Source of the DNA: a virus
Taxonomy: Duplodnaviria > Caudoviricetes
DNA length: 64,000 nucleotides
Virus record (IMG/VR): IMGVR_UViG_3300003962_000002
Span: 15,229-79,228 of that record
Strand: one strand, 5' to 3'
The notes beneath the pieces are model-generated. The model ran no database searches. It was not told the DNA's origin and saw nothing but the letters and a program-made list of their open reading frames with translations. Positions 17,099-27,564 of the stretch are shown in pieces (position 1 is the first letter of the stretch; each line of letters starts with the position of its first letter). The position numbers and the translations under genes were made by a program.

Positions 17099-18418
17099 TT
17101 AAGATACTTTAACGCATGTTAGCCACGATCCGCCTTCAATAGTCCAAGTTCCTGCACTAGTAGTATTCATTACAATAACCTCTAAATAATCAGAAGCGCC
17201 ATTAAAATCTACAACAATGCTTCCTGTGAAAGCCATGCGATCTCTGTATGCTGTTGTTGTGTGGTTCTCATAACCAAAAGCCTTATAAGCAGAACCATTT
17301 TTATTAAATTGAGCATATCCACCCCGAAGACTATTCAGCGAGTTCGAAAAGGTGTGTATATTACAAGTTATTAAATATTTTCCCGCAACAGTCGGCTGTA
17401 TTCTATATGTTCCAGAGTTATAAATACTACCAATATCAAACTCTTCAACGCTAAATGGAACAGTGTATAAAGCTTCGGATGTCTTGCCTGTTTGGTTGCT
17501 GGAAACATAAGCACTACAAGTTGGCTTATCGGGATAAGTTTTAACTCCATTAATTGTCATGTTCTCAGATTCAAGACTGATCAACCTATCCCCAAACTGA
17601 TTAAGCTGAGGTTGAGTAGGAGCAGCTTGAAAATCAGTTTCTGGAACACCTGCAACAACTGCCAATGTTTCTACTACTTTGTCGATAGTGGCCTGCTGCT
17701 TATTGATAGTTTCTACTACAGAACCATCTGGCTTAACCACTGAGAGCCAAGAAGAGACGACAGTGTAGGTACGAGCAGATACTGAAGAATTGTTCATCTC
17801 TAGAAGAGTGCAGTCCCCATATCCATTATCTACTTCTTCATAGTCACCATCGGCAGAAGGGTTAGCGGTAGCATTGCCTACGTTCCTAAGCATCTGCTGA
17901 CCATCAATAAATAGCATAACCGCACCAAGTTGTTTGGTAGGGTTCTGGTTCACTTTAAAGGATTGGCCTACGGCAATGCTGGTTGTGTTTGCAGCTAGAG
18001 TGCCCGTCTCGCAGATGAAGTTAGTATCGGCAACAAGATTACCAGTAGTAGCAACAGAATTAAGCGTACAGACAAAAATCTCGCCATCTAAAGCAGTTCC
18101 AAACAGATCGGTGAAAGAGATACCTGTGGAAGTTACTACATAATCATATTCTAGATTGAGTTGTCCCCTAGCTGAAGAGACGATTGAGAGGTTGTTTTTA
18201 TAGAATAGAAGGTTTGCTTTTGAAATATCATTGGCAGAAGGCTGGGAGAATCCAAGAGAGGTCATCTCAGTAGGGACATTGAGGGCATAGATGGAGAATC
18301 CAGGGTCTCCAGCAGAAGCTTTATGAGCAAAGCGAAAAGACTTAACTACCTGCAAAGACTTGTCATTTTGCAAATCGGTTTTTCGGTAACTCTTTGTACT
18401 TTTTCCTGTTACTGACAT
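17099..18418 (-). CDS. Tail fibre protein with C-terminal C1q-like domain
   Basis: VPF..E.FDIG..YNS..Y...PTVAGKYLIT, KNG, VDFNG.SDYLEV. Confidence 0.7.
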   Translation of the reverse strand: MSVTGKSTKSYRKTDLQNDKSLQVVKSFRFAHKASAGDPGFSIYALNVPTEMTSLGFSQPSANDISKANLLFYKNNLSIVSSARGQLNLEYDYVVTSTGISFTDLFGTALDGEIFVCTLNSVATTGNLVADTNFICETGTLAANTTSIAVGQSFKVNQNPTKQLGAVMLFIDGQQMLRNVGNATANPSADGDYEEVDNGYGDCTLLEMNNSSVSARTYTVVSSWLSVVKPDGSVVETINKQQATIDKVVETLAVVAGVPETDFQAAPTQPQLNQFGDRLISLESENMTINGVKTYPDKPTCSAYVSSNQTGKTSEALYTVPFSVEEFDIGSIYNSGTYRIQPTVAGKYLITCNIHTFSNSLNSLRGGYAQFNKNGSAYKAFGYENHTTTAYRDRMAFTGSIVVDFNGASDYLEVIVMNTTSAGTWTIEGGSWLTCVKVS

Positions 18419-18437
18419 ATATAAAACCTCTTAGGTA

Positions 18438-19271
18438 TTAAGTGAATAGTCCGGAGTATTCGGTGATGGGGGCACAGAATTTGATGGTTATGAAGTCGTC
18501 GTCAGCTATAACTACTGGTACGTTACTGCTCGGGTTGAGGGACGAATATGTGATGTATGTGCCGCTTGCTAAACCCAAATATAAATATAGCACATTAGCA
18601 TCCCATTGTCCTAAGATTTGGTATGAAGATCCGGTGTCATCACTAAAATATCCATTATTATCAATTCCGCTGTTGCCGTCCTGGCTAATGGTCTTCTTTG
18701 ACAAGTTAACAGTACCGATGCTGGCGGGGATTCCTAAGTTGGCGACTAAGTTCTGCGTATTAGTTCCGGTAAACTCACACGACATTTCGCCAATAATGTA
18801 TTCGCCGTCACGGTAGTAAAATCCAGTTAGTATTACATTGGTGGATAGGTTAGATTCTGGTGTAAACGCTATGACAGGGCCAACCTCTACCCCCTTCTCA
18901 CTAAAACTATTCCCCACAAACAACGGGTTCACATCTACTAATGATGTACTTCCAAAGAAGGTCTTCGTTTTCCCAATATATTTATATCTAGTAAATCCAG
19001 TGGGAGCAGAAGAACTTGTACTCATTACAAGTCCGGGGACATTACTTCCATTTACTACTAGGTAAACATAATACAAAGTATTGTTCGCTATACTACCAGT
19101 ATCTAGACCCCCAATACCAGAAGTTCCAGTATTGAGAGTAAGGGCCGACAGTCGATAAAACTGTCCACCAATCCGTGCAACAGAGGTTTGACCTAGATAG
19201 GTGCTGGCCAAGGTAATCTGTGTAGTAGATGCCTTGACGATAGGTGGTAAATTTTCAATATGTAGTGCCAT
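18438..19271 (-). CDS. Tail fibre-associated protein
   Basis: Start at 19271 (MALHIENL) from TAATG overlap; GGLDTGSIANNTLYYVYLV fibre motif. Confidence 0.7.
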   Translation of the reverse strand: MALHIENLPPIVKASTTQITLASTYLGQTSVARIGGQFYRLSALTLNTGTSGIGGLDTGSIANNTLYYVYLVVNGSNVPGLVMSTSSSAPTGFTRYKYIGKTKTFFGSTSLVDVNPLFVGNSFSEKGVEVGPVIAFTPESNLSTNVILTGFYYRDGEYIIGEMSCEFTGTNTQNLVANLGIPASIGTVNLSKKTISQDGNSGIDNNGYFSDDTGSSYQILGQWDANVLYLYLGLASGTYITYSSLNPSSNVPVVIADDDFITIKFCAPITEYSGLFT

Positions 19272-19756
19272 TAGTAACTCTCTTCTGTGACTTTTATAAT
19301 ATTGATCCAAGAAGCCGAGGCTCCACCTTCCCATCCCCAGTTTCCTGAGATAATTTTCATATGTGCAAAGATTTCTATGTAATCAGTGGTTCCATTGAAG
19401 TCCACAATTGCGCTCCCGCCTGCCGACATACGATCAAATTGTGCAGTGGTAGTGTGATTAGTATAATTAAATGTTTGATAGCTAGTTCCATTTTTTTTTA
19501 ATACGGCATAAGAGCCAGCTGCGTTGTTTGACGATTCGGAGAATAGATTTAAATTGAAAGTTATTAGATATTTACCTTTAACTAAGGGTAAATATCTATA
19601 ATTTGTCGTACTATCAAAATATCCACCAATATCCCATCTTTCGGTATTAAAGGAGATTTTATATTCGGTATTGGCTGTTTTGCCGATCTCGTCGGCAGAA
19701 ACATATGCCGCTGCCGTCACCATCTGCCCTATATTTTTTACTAATGCTCTTGCCAT
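19271..19756 (-). CDS. Stand-alone C1q-like domain protein
   Basis: FNTERWDIGGYFDS..YRY.PLVKGKYLITF; NHTTTA.FDRM; VDFNGTTDYIEIF; paralogue of the C-terminus of 17099..18418. Confidence 0.75.
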   Translation of the reverse strand: MARALVKNIGQMVTAAAYVSADEIGKTANTEYKISFNTERWDIGGYFDSTTNYRYLPLVKGKYLITFNLNLFSESSNNAAGSYAVLKKNGTSYQTFNYTNHTTTAQFDRMSAGGSAIVDFNGTTDYIEIFAHMKIISGNWGWEGGASASWINIIKVTEESY

Positions 19757-19765
19757 AATTCCCTC

Positions 19766-22072
19766 TTATACACTATAGACGACGATATTATCTGAATCAT
19801 CTATGCAAATTTCTCTCAACGTTCCGTCAGGTCTTCTAAGGAAAATTCCTCTACCTGCAATGCTTCTATCAATACTAGGATCAGTTGACCCTAAATGTGA
19901 GGCAGCTAACAGTGCAGAATTACTGTCACTATTGTCGAAACTGCTTCCCTCATTCTGCGTCGCAATCAAAGTTACAGTAGTTTCAATCCCACCATTATAG
20001 AAGGTATTCGCAGGGAATACTATCTTACTGCCCTGAAGGCTAAACGCACCATACTTAAATACCAGTCCAGATTCTACATGATAAACACTAAGAAGATCAG
20101 GATCTGCTACATAGTTAAGCTGGAACTCATTATCATTGTCAGCAACGGCCATAAACCTAAATTGCTGAGTCCTCTTAACTCCACCACTTACACCAAACAC
20201 TTCTTGGTCATACAGTACGGTGAAAGCGTCTAGATATTTATCAGAGGTAGAACTTGTAATTTTAAGGCGGAGGTCAAGTTCACGACCGTAAACCGAGAAA
20301 TATTGAGTAGTTCCCCCATCTGATAACCAGGTAAGATTGTAATTAAGTTCGTCAGCCTCATATACAGAGTCGCCTTCAAAATATAAACTGATAACTTCAT
20401 TTGCCTCCACAAAGAATCCAATATCAAGATCGTAGCTATTCGCAGGAGTGACATTCTGATCTATTAAGTCAGCAAGAGCTATCCAATCAGAAACAGCTAG
20501 GGTTTCTCCGCCCGCATTCTTCGCAACCATACGAACTTTACCCGCATAACTAGACGGAGGAGTTAACTCATACGCTCCAATCCGTGGAGAAATTCTCTTA
20601 ATTTTTGCAGGTTTTGTTAATGTAAATGTACTATAAAGTTGTGGAAGACTAGTAAATGCGGTTGTGCCCGTACCGGCTTCAGAATATACAGAAGTAAAAT
20701 CTTCTGCCGCCAAAACAATAGAATATCTCAGTCTAGATGTAGGACTTGAGTTGGCCCATGTTCCTGCGCCAGATCTGTTAGCAACCTCAGTTGATCCTCC
20801 AGAAGCAGTGGAGTCAATTGCTATATAGTTGCTAATATTGCTTCCAGATTCATAAGCGAGATCTTTTTCGATTACTAGATAATATTCACCAGTCAAATAG
20901 TCATTGAACAATCCGTCAAAACTAATAGGATAGTATGTAAAAGTTCCTGTGAGGCTCGCTATTGACTGCCACTCTGTTGCGTAAATTCTTGTATCTGGAA
21001 GTAAACCACTCCTATTCCAAATCGAATATCGCCAGTTTCCCGTTGGGGTTCCGGTTTTATTGATATAAAGTCCAGCCGTTAATATTCTCTGGCTAGATAG
21101 GGTTATTTTTTGACCGTACATAACATTAGAGGACGTTGCTCCGTATGCTTGTGATACTGTGGCTCCGCCAGTTAACTGTTGTATAGTGGCTTGATCTTCC
21201 TCTTCCCTCTCCCACTTATAATCGCCAACATAGAGTTCGGTGTTGCCAACTCTATCCATTGTTACTGGAAGGAAATGCAATCCGCCATTTCGAGAAATTT
21301 CATAAGTAGCGGCAGTATCAATTCCAGTAGATTTCCAATGAGCAAGAATTCTTGTATCCCAGATATCTTTACCTTGGTCATAGAATTCTGCAGAATCGAT
21401 TAGGTCAGTAGACAACAGTTCATCTGCACTATTGGTAAATTTATAGGCTTTATTGGCTGCGTCATAAGCAACGTCGCCAGCGCCATCAACTAGAACGTCT
21501 TTGTCTGTTTTAGCGATAGACGGAGTCATCAAGTTATAAGGACTATTAACTAGGTGATTTTTTAGTGTTTCTAAAATGCCAGTGGTATCTCCAGTACCGC
21601 TCCCAGTACCTCCACAAACTCTCCATCTAGAAGCTTGTACATCATAAACAAGACATATAGCGGCATTATTTTCTAGATCTATTGGGGCGGCGGTGCCAGT
21701 AAGAATTCTATTACTTGCCGTTACCACCGTATCTTCGTCGTTTATTTGTACGGTATTTCCAGTAGCATTAACTACAATTAAAAAACTATAATTAGTTTGT
21801 GCAGCGATGCCGCCAACACTAACTAAAGAAGCGTTTGTAAATTTTAAAAGGTGTTCTTTTAGGGGAGTGGAGTTAGCATTTGCTCCTGTAGAGGATGCGT
21901 CTATTTTGGCAGGGAGAGTATAGTCTAAGTTTACCCACAGTCCATTTTGGTATGCTCTTAGGCATCCTAAAGCGGAGTCGTAGTAGGTATCTCCATCCAC
22001 TGGGCTTAGCGGGGCGGTTGTTTGTCCGGTGTAAGTAACACCGTTATTAATTTTCCAAAAATTATTAGCCAT
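19766..22072 (-). CDS. Virion structural/fibre protein (768 aa)
   Basis: N-terminal P.SPVDGD.YYDS fibre-like motif; beta-rich; position in the fibre cluster. Confidence 0.7.
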   Translation of the reverse strand: MANNFWKINNGVTYTGQTTAPLSPVDGDTYYDSALGCLRAYQNGLWVNLDYTLPAKIDASSTGANANSTPLKEHLLKFTNASLVSVGGIAAQTNYSFLIVVNATGNTVQINDEDTVVTASNRILTGTAAPIDLENNAAICLVYDVQASRWRVCGGTGSGTGDTTGILETLKNHLVNSPYNLMTPSIAKTDKDVLVDGAGDVAYDAANKAYKFTNSADELLSTDLIDSAEFYDQGKDIWDTRILAHWKSTGIDTAATYEISRNGGLHFLPVTMDRVGNTELYVGDYKWEREEEDQATIQQLTGGATVSQAYGATSSNVMYGQKITLSSQRILTAGLYINKTGTPTGNWRYSIWNRSGLLPDTRIYATEWQSIASLTGTFTYYPISFDGLFNDYLTGEYYLVIEKDLAYESGSNISNYIAIDSTASGGSTEVANRSGAGTWANSSPTSRLRYSIVLAAEDFTSVYSEAGTGTTAFTSLPQLYSTFTLTKPAKIKRISPRIGAYELTPPSSYAGKVRMVAKNAGGETLAVSDWIALADLIDQNVTPANSYDLDIGFFVEANEVISLYFEGDSVYEADELNYNLTWLSDGGTTQYFSVYGRELDLRLKITSSTSDKYLDAFTVLYDQEVFGVSGGVKRTQQFRFMAVADNDNEFQLNYVADPDLLSVYHVESGLVFKYGAFSLQGSKIVFPANTFYNGGIETTVTLIATQNEGSSFDNSDSNSALLAASHLGSTDPSIDRSIAGRGIFLRRPDGTLREICIDDSDNIVVYSV

Positions 22073-22152
22073 ACGTCTTAACTTCCACTTTCCATTAAGA
22101 GTTTAGGTGTTGGGGAGGTTTAACTCCTCAGTAAGAGATGAGTCTCTCTATA

Positions 22153-23589
22153 TTAAGCTTTTATCTTCTTAGCTACAGCACGCATTACTTTGTTGTTTGC
22201 GGTGGTAGTATAACGAACTTCAGTAGTAGCTCCGTTGATGTTCAGGTTCCAAGTAACACCGACGTCGGCGGATTCAGTGCAATTGTCTACGATAGAGGTA
22301 TTAGTTCCGTCAGAGGTAATCATCAACACGCCAACTCTTAAACGGTTCGTAGTAGCTTCTTTGATTTTGTATTCTACGATAAGCCCTTCGTAGGCGGCGT
22401 GAGCAAAACTCAAACTAGATTCTACTGCGTTAGTAGAGGAGGCGGTGAGGGTTAGGGCGTGGAAATATTGGTCTACGTAGAAATCGGCTGCACTAGAACC
22501 AAAACGAATTCCGGTATCATCGTGTAGGGTCTTGCCGTTGATGTCCAAGTGGCCAGGAAGAGCGTCATCAGTGATGCCGTAGCCTGCAAGAGTGGTAGGG
22601 GTCCCAGTAACGCCTGACCAAGCAACAGAAGAAGCGGTACCAGCGGTATATATCTCATAACCAGCAGCACTGTCCAAATTGGCATCATCTTTTACAAAAT
22701 ACATCGCACCAGTATCAGTTTGTTTTACTGTATCGCCATTTTGTACTGTGGCGGTGGTAAGAGCAAAACGAGCGGCTTGGTCAGCTACGATAACAAGGCG
22801 TTCAAGGGCGGCAGGAGGAATTTGGCCGATGGGGATCAAACTATTAGCATCAAGAGAGGCTACGCCGTTCGCAGCACCTAATTGAGAGTCATCAAGTTTA
22901 TTATCGAGAGCAGTCTGAAGGCCCGTAACATCAGAAATAGCGTGACTGTGAGATACGGCAGCTTTACCGGCAAGAGCATCAAATACAGCATCATGAGTGG
23001 GAGCTTTTGTTACGGCATCTGTAATAGCTCCAGACTGAACAGCAGCCGCAAGAGCCGCAGAATCAAAGTCTGTAACGTCAGCTGCAACATGGGTGTGGCT
23101 AGAGTCCGCTTTAGTCTCTACTTCTGTTTCCAAAGCTTGTAAAGCAGCCTTAACAGTAGAACTATCAGGAATTGTAGCGCCAGTAAACGTACCGAGATTC
23201 GCAGAGTTCTCAGCTACACCAGAAAGAGAAATAAGATCATCTACGTTTGCGTCGATCTCAGTAACTACAGAAGAGTCAGCTTTGTTAGCGATATCACCTA
23301 AGTCTACGTTGGCATCAGGCATCGTAATAGTACGAGAAGTGCCTGTGGCAATACCAGAAGCTTGAAATACAATCTTCTTAGTACCATCGACGTTGTCGAC
23401 AATTTCAAATTCCGCATCAGAGAAAGAAGGACTACCACCAAGATCGGTAGTAGAACCGTTCTCATAACGTTTAAAAACATTACTAGTGGAGTTGTACCAA
23501 ATAAGACCATTCTCAGGACTTACTGGATCGGAGGTCAGTACTGGGATACGCAAACCACCAGCAGCATTAATTTTATGAATATTGGCCAT
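22153..23589 (-). CDS. Tail fibre protein
   Basis: GAANGVASLD, HSHAISDVTGLQTALD, VAWSGVTGTPTTLAGYGITD fibre repeats. Confidence 0.8.
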   Translation of the reverse strand: MANIHKINAAGGLRIPVLTSDPVSPENGLIWYNSTSNVFKRYENGSTTDLGGSPSFSDAEFEIVDNVDGTKKIVFQASGIATGTSRTITMPDANVDLGDIANKADSSVVTEIDANVDDLISLSGVAENSANLGTFTGATIPDSSTVKAALQALETEVETKADSSHTHVAADVTDFDSAALAAAVQSGAITDAVTKAPTHDAVFDALAGKAAVSHSHAISDVTGLQTALDNKLDDSQLGAANGVASLDANSLIPIGQIPPAALERLVIVADQAARFALTTATVQNGDTVKQTDTGAMYFVKDDANLDSAAGYEIYTAGTASSVAWSGVTGTPTTLAGYGITDDALPGHLDINGKTLHDDTGIRFGSSAADFYVDQYFHALTLTASSTNAVESSLSFAHAAYEGLIVEYKIKEATTNRLRVGVLMITSDGTNTSIVDNCTESADVGVTWNLNINGATTEVRYTTTANNKVMRAVAKKIKA

Positions 23590-23607
23590 CTATATTCTCC
23601 TTAGAGG

Positions 23608-26600
23608 TTATGCCCACCGTTTAACGGCATATTTAAAATTGGAGTTAAAACCTGTAGCGGTAGTAGAATATAACACTCTCATAGTCGCTCCAGAAATGTC
23701 TGCGCTAAATGTTACCCCTAAAGAAAGAACCGTACCTAAAGAACTATCACTAAGACTAGCTATAACGCCATTATTCGTTACAAATAACGTCCCTACTTGA
23801 GTATCTCCGTCTCTTTGTAAGGAGTAGTCCACCATCATCCATTTATAAGCTACCGGAACCGTAATTACGGCTACTGGAGAAGCTTGATTGTCTAACAACG
23901 TGTCTGATTGTTGAGCATAGATCTTATAACCATTTAGATTTATTGCTTTTTCAGCAGAATCCCATTTAAAATAAGGATCGGCATCTAAATCGCCACTAGA
24001 ACCTTTATATTGAACATCTCCAGTAACACCTGCGGCGGGAACAGAAGATACGTAGGCGGAATAATTGGGAATTCCTCCAGGTCCGCCTGCTGAATCTGAC
24101 CATCTCTGGGTATAGAATTTGAAAGAAGCGTCATTACCTGTATTAGTAATAGTATACCTTAAGTAAAGTAATCCAGCGGAAATAATTCCGTTAAAAGTTA
24201 CTCCAGAGGCTCCTAAATAAGCATTTGCCGTAACTACGCTAACGTTTGTGCCGTCGTGCGTTATATAGATCTGTCCAGCTTCTTTTATTCCTGCTCTATT
24301 TAAAGAATAATTAACTATCCAGTTTTCGCTAGCTGCCGCATTTACAGAGAATACGGTTCCGTTTACGGTATTGTTTACTAGGGTGGTCGTTTTTAAAGAG
24401 CTAAGTTCCCAATAGTCGGTTCCATTAGGACCGTCAAAAAATCTAGTTACGTCATTAATCGTACAGCTTCCAAAAGCATCTACATATACTACTTGGTTAG
24501 CAAAGGTATCCCCAGACTTAACTCTAACCACATCTCCTGGAAATGGAGTCTCGGAGGAGTTTTCAAATAACTTTTGAACTACCCAAACCACAGACGTAAG
24601 GACGTTAGTAGCTTTGTAAATTCTGTTGTTACCTGAGCTAAGGTTGGTAAAGAATACTAATTGATTCTCTGTTATTGTTTGGTTATCGATGGTCGGGGAT
24701 GCGCCGGTTGGCAAGGTCGTTGAAACTGGATCATAAAAATCTACCTTAACAAAACCAGATCCCGAGCCAGAGCCACTGCCTGCTTGAGAGAATCTGAGAA
24801 TGTTATGTATTTTTAGCGTTCCTGCATCATTGTAGATTTGCACAGCGCCAATCTTACGAGCGCCTATTACTAGGGGTAGTGGTGCAGATCCAGCAGAGAT
24901 GGCAGCAGAAGCAGCAGGAGTTACTTCCAACAATATCGTCATTTTATTGTCGGGAGTTGTGGTGTTGGAAAAGGCTCCAATACCATACCAGAAGTATTGT
25001 CCTGCTGGGATGGAGAACGGAGTAAAGTTGTTTCCTAAAACAGTTACTTCATCATCTTCGTATATAGTACCTGAAGCAAAATCAATTACGGCTCCAGTAA
25101 AATCTACAACATAAGAACTTAGTTCAGAAGCTTGAACAGCAGCATCTAACAGATTCTTGTCAGATCCTAAAACCAACGCCCTATCAGTTAGCGAACTGTG
25201 TTTTTCTATTTTAAATTGACTTAGGCGCAAATCTAAGTCTTCGACGAACTGATCTAACTCCCCAGCAGCTTCAGTGAGACTATCCCCGTCATTAATTACA
25301 AAATTAGAAGAGTAGTTAGGAAAGTCATCAAGTTCGCTAGGAGTTCCGATATAATCCAACAGTTGTTGGGGAATAGAAGAAGATGAGGAAGAAGATTCGC
25401 CAGAAGATAGATTACCCACCCCTTCGATTTGGACGGTTCCTGCTTTACAAACAGCAAGAACAAACATATCCAATTCAACAGGTAGAGTACCTTCGGCGTA
25501 AGTATCTAAGAAAATCTCTGCCGATCCCATAGAAGGTAAGGCAGGAGATACCACTAATATTTTATTAACGTCGTCAATAGCGATAATGGCAGAAGAGTCT
25601 TGTCCTACGAGAATAGTATTACCTATTTTAACTTTGGACAAATCTGCACTAGCCGACAAACTAACAGAAGTACCAGTAGAAGTTGTAGTAACGGCTACGG
25701 AGCCTTTTTGAATAGCTCCGCCATTAAACAGATCCATTTCAAAGGCTAAAGATCCACCGTCTTGTAATACCGCATCTCCGGCAGCGACAGTTTGCGCTAC
25801 GCCGTGAGGATTCACAACATTGAAACTACTATCCCATACCATCTCACCAGTTGTACCAGCGAGACCTCCAGTAAGAGTAGCTCCTGACAAAGTAAAGTTA
25901 TCAGTAGCTCCGTCAACCTCAGCTAAGGTAATAGAGTTTCCTGCAACTCCACCAACAACAGCAGTGATGGTAATGGTGCTGCCTACGGCTAAAGCCGTGA
26001 CTACGTTCTCGATTAACGGATCAGTACTATTATTGATTGCTGTGGCAATTGCTGCTGCCGTAAGAGCAGTGCTACCTCCAGCTAACCAATCAACATTGTA
26101 TATAAAAGACTTACCATTAATTACAACAGCGTCGCTGAGGTCAAACGAGTTATTAATTACTGTTATTGATCCAGAAGCTTTTGTTGGAGTTTCAAAAGAC
26201 ACAGATCCAGTGAATACTGTTTTAAGGTTCGACTTCTTAACAATATATTGCTCAAAGTCTACAGCTTCTTTTACTTGAGTACGAAGGTCTACTACAGAAG
26301 TTTCGTGAACAAAACCGTCAGTAGCATTCCAAGTAACATCTGCTACCCTCCAGAACAACTGTCCTTGAGGAGTTCCGTTAACGTCGTCAGTAACAAACAC
26401 GTCTCTCTTAACCAATCGGTAAGGCTGTCCTACAATAATAGTAGGATCTTCTTGGTCTACTTCTTTGTCGATACGAATTACTACTTGATTAGCTACGGTA
26501 TCGTTGTATATAATGTTTAAGTGATATTCTCTGCCTAAACTATCTATGAATTTACCGTTCGCAAATTCAGACTGTTCAGAAGTGCCTACGGGAATAGGAT

Positions 26601-27552
26601 TACCTACAGGAGATCCAGAATATAGCGGGTTAGCAGATGCGGCATTATTTCTAACAATAATTTCTAAATTGCGACCATCGATTTGTTCTGAACCAGACAA
26701 TACAGTACGACTTACTTCAGAACCGTTTCCTAAGTTCTGAGGTATTACTTCTATATAATTAGTTAGGTTGCCATCAACCGTAGTATCGTCATAAGGGATA
26801 GGTTTGTCATTTATCTTAGAGGTTGGTACTACATTTAGTCTGTAGGTTAGTCGGAGTTTTTGAGCGGTGGATTCGGGGATGTTGGCGTTTTTTAAGAAGG
26901 GATCGTCTACGTTTGTTATGACTTCTTCTCTAGCGCTGATTACGACGCTATAGCCTGAAGTTGGGGTTACGCCGCCATCACTAAAGGTTATAATTTTACC
27001 TCTAGCATCTGGGTCGTCTTGAGCGGTGATATATGGAGTTCCAAAGCCAGGAACCACTCTAAGTCCCATAGCCAAGTTAGAACCGGAAACTAAGTGGTCT
27101 TTACCTCCACGCATGAGGAACGGAATACCGTCATACCAGCCTTCCCCAGAATTAACTAGGAGGCTGTTGGAGGTTAAAACTTCAATATCATCACTTATAT
27201 TAATGCTGGTTGCATCAGTCACAGTAATGGTGCCAGAACCAGTACTAACTACGTCCGTAACCAAACTACCATTTTTAAATACTTTGTCCCCAGCTTGTAC
27301 TAAAGCTAGTAAAGAAGAGTCTACTGTTAGGAGGTTTCCTGCTTTGTTGGTTACTTGCGTTTGAACTCGATAAAGTTCTACCTTCCACGCAGAATCTATT
27401 GCGTGGTCGCCGATAGAAGCTTTAATAAAATTTCTGTGTAGATCTATGAGTTCTAGTTCGAGGTTGGTGCTTTCCGAAGCAAGCAAGTACCGCCCCTCTA
27501 CAAACCTAGATCTGATGTATCGTTTTGCACGATGAGTATTAAATTTCAACAT
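23608..27552 (-). CDS. Large baseplate-attached/fibre-anchor structural protein (1314 aa)
   Basis: Follows the wedge genes; N-terminal RF.EGRYLL.SE..NLE; two C-terminal repeats of a beta domain. Confidence 0.7.
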   Translation of the reverse strand: MLKFNTHRAKRYIRSRFVEGRYLLASESTNLELELIDLHRNFIKASIGDHAIDSAWKVELYRVQTQVTNKAGNLLTVDSSLLALVQAGDKVFKNGSLVTDVVSTGSGTITVTDATSINISDDIEVLTSNSLLVNSGEGWYDGIPFLMRGGKDHLVSGSNLAMGLRVVPGFGTPYITAQDDPDARGKIITFSDGGVTPTSGYSVVISAREEVITNVDDPFLKNANIPESTAQKLRLTYRLNVVPTSKINDKPIPYDDTTVDGNLTNYIEVIPQNLGNGSEVSRTVLSGSEQIDGRNLEIIVRNNAASANPLYSGSPVGNPIPVGTSEQSEFANGKFIDSLGREYHLNIIYNDTVANQVVIRIDKEVDQEDPTIIVGQPYRLVKRDVFVTDDVNGTPQGQLFWRVADVTWNATDGFVHETSVVDLRTQVKEAVDFEQYIVKKSNLKTVFTGSVSFETPTKASGSITVINNSFDLSDAVVINGKSFIYNVDWLAGGSTALTAAAIATAINNSTDPLIENVVTALAVGSTITITAVVGGVAGNSITLAEVDGATDNFTLSGATLTGGLAGTTGEMVWDSSFNVVNPHGVAQTVAAGDAVLQDGGSLAFEMDLFNGGAIQKGSVAVTTTSTGTSVSLSASADLSKVKIGNTILVGQDSSAIIAIDDVNKILVVSPALPSMGSAEIFLDTYAEGTLPVELDMFVLAVCKAGTVQIEGVGNLSSGESSSSSSSIPQQLLDYIGTPSELDDFPNYSSNFVINDGDSLTEAAGELDQFVEDLDLRLSQFKIEKHSSLTDRALVLGSDKNLLDAAVQASELSSYVVDFTGAVIDFASGTIYEDDEVTVLGNNFTPFSIPAGQYFWYGIGAFSNTTTPDNKMTILLEVTPAASAAISAGSAPLPLVIGARKIGAVQIYNDAGTLKIHNILRFSQAGSGSGSGSGFVKVDFYDPVSTTLPTGASPTIDNQTITENQLVFFTNLSSGNNRIYKATNVLTSVVWVVQKLFENSSETPFPGDVVRVKSGDTFANQVVYVDAFGSCTINDVTRFFDGPNGTDYWELSSLKTTTLVNNTVNGTVFSVNAAASENWIVNYSLNRAGIKEAGQIYITHDGTNVSVVTANAYLGASGVTFNGIISAGLLYLRYTITNTGNDASFKFYTQRWSDSAGGPGGIPNYSAYVSSVPAAGVTGDVQYKGSSGDLDADPYFKWDSAEKAINLNGYKIYAQQSDTLLDNQASPVAVITVPVAYKWMMVDYSLQRDGDTQVGTLFVTNNGVIASLSDSSLGTVLSLGVTFSADISGATMRVLYSTTATGFNSNFKYAVKRWA

Positions 27553-27564
27553 ATTATTTAAACC

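Noticed and set aside
22100-22140. Hairpin TGGGGAG-gtttaa-CTCCTCA between fibre genes
   Set aside because: Pairs fully only on the plus strand (antisense to the genes) and has no U tract; function unsupported
14601-23589. Possible DGR or invertible tail-fibre switching
   Set aside because: No reverse transcriptase, no near-identical template/variable repeat pair differing at adenines, and no recombinase or inverted crossover sites seen
24149-24167. Partial late-promoter copies at 24149-24167 (TTTACTTAAGGTATACTAT) and near 13562-13580
   Set aside because: Lack the TTG and the G at the fixed positions; probably chance matches in AT-rich DNA
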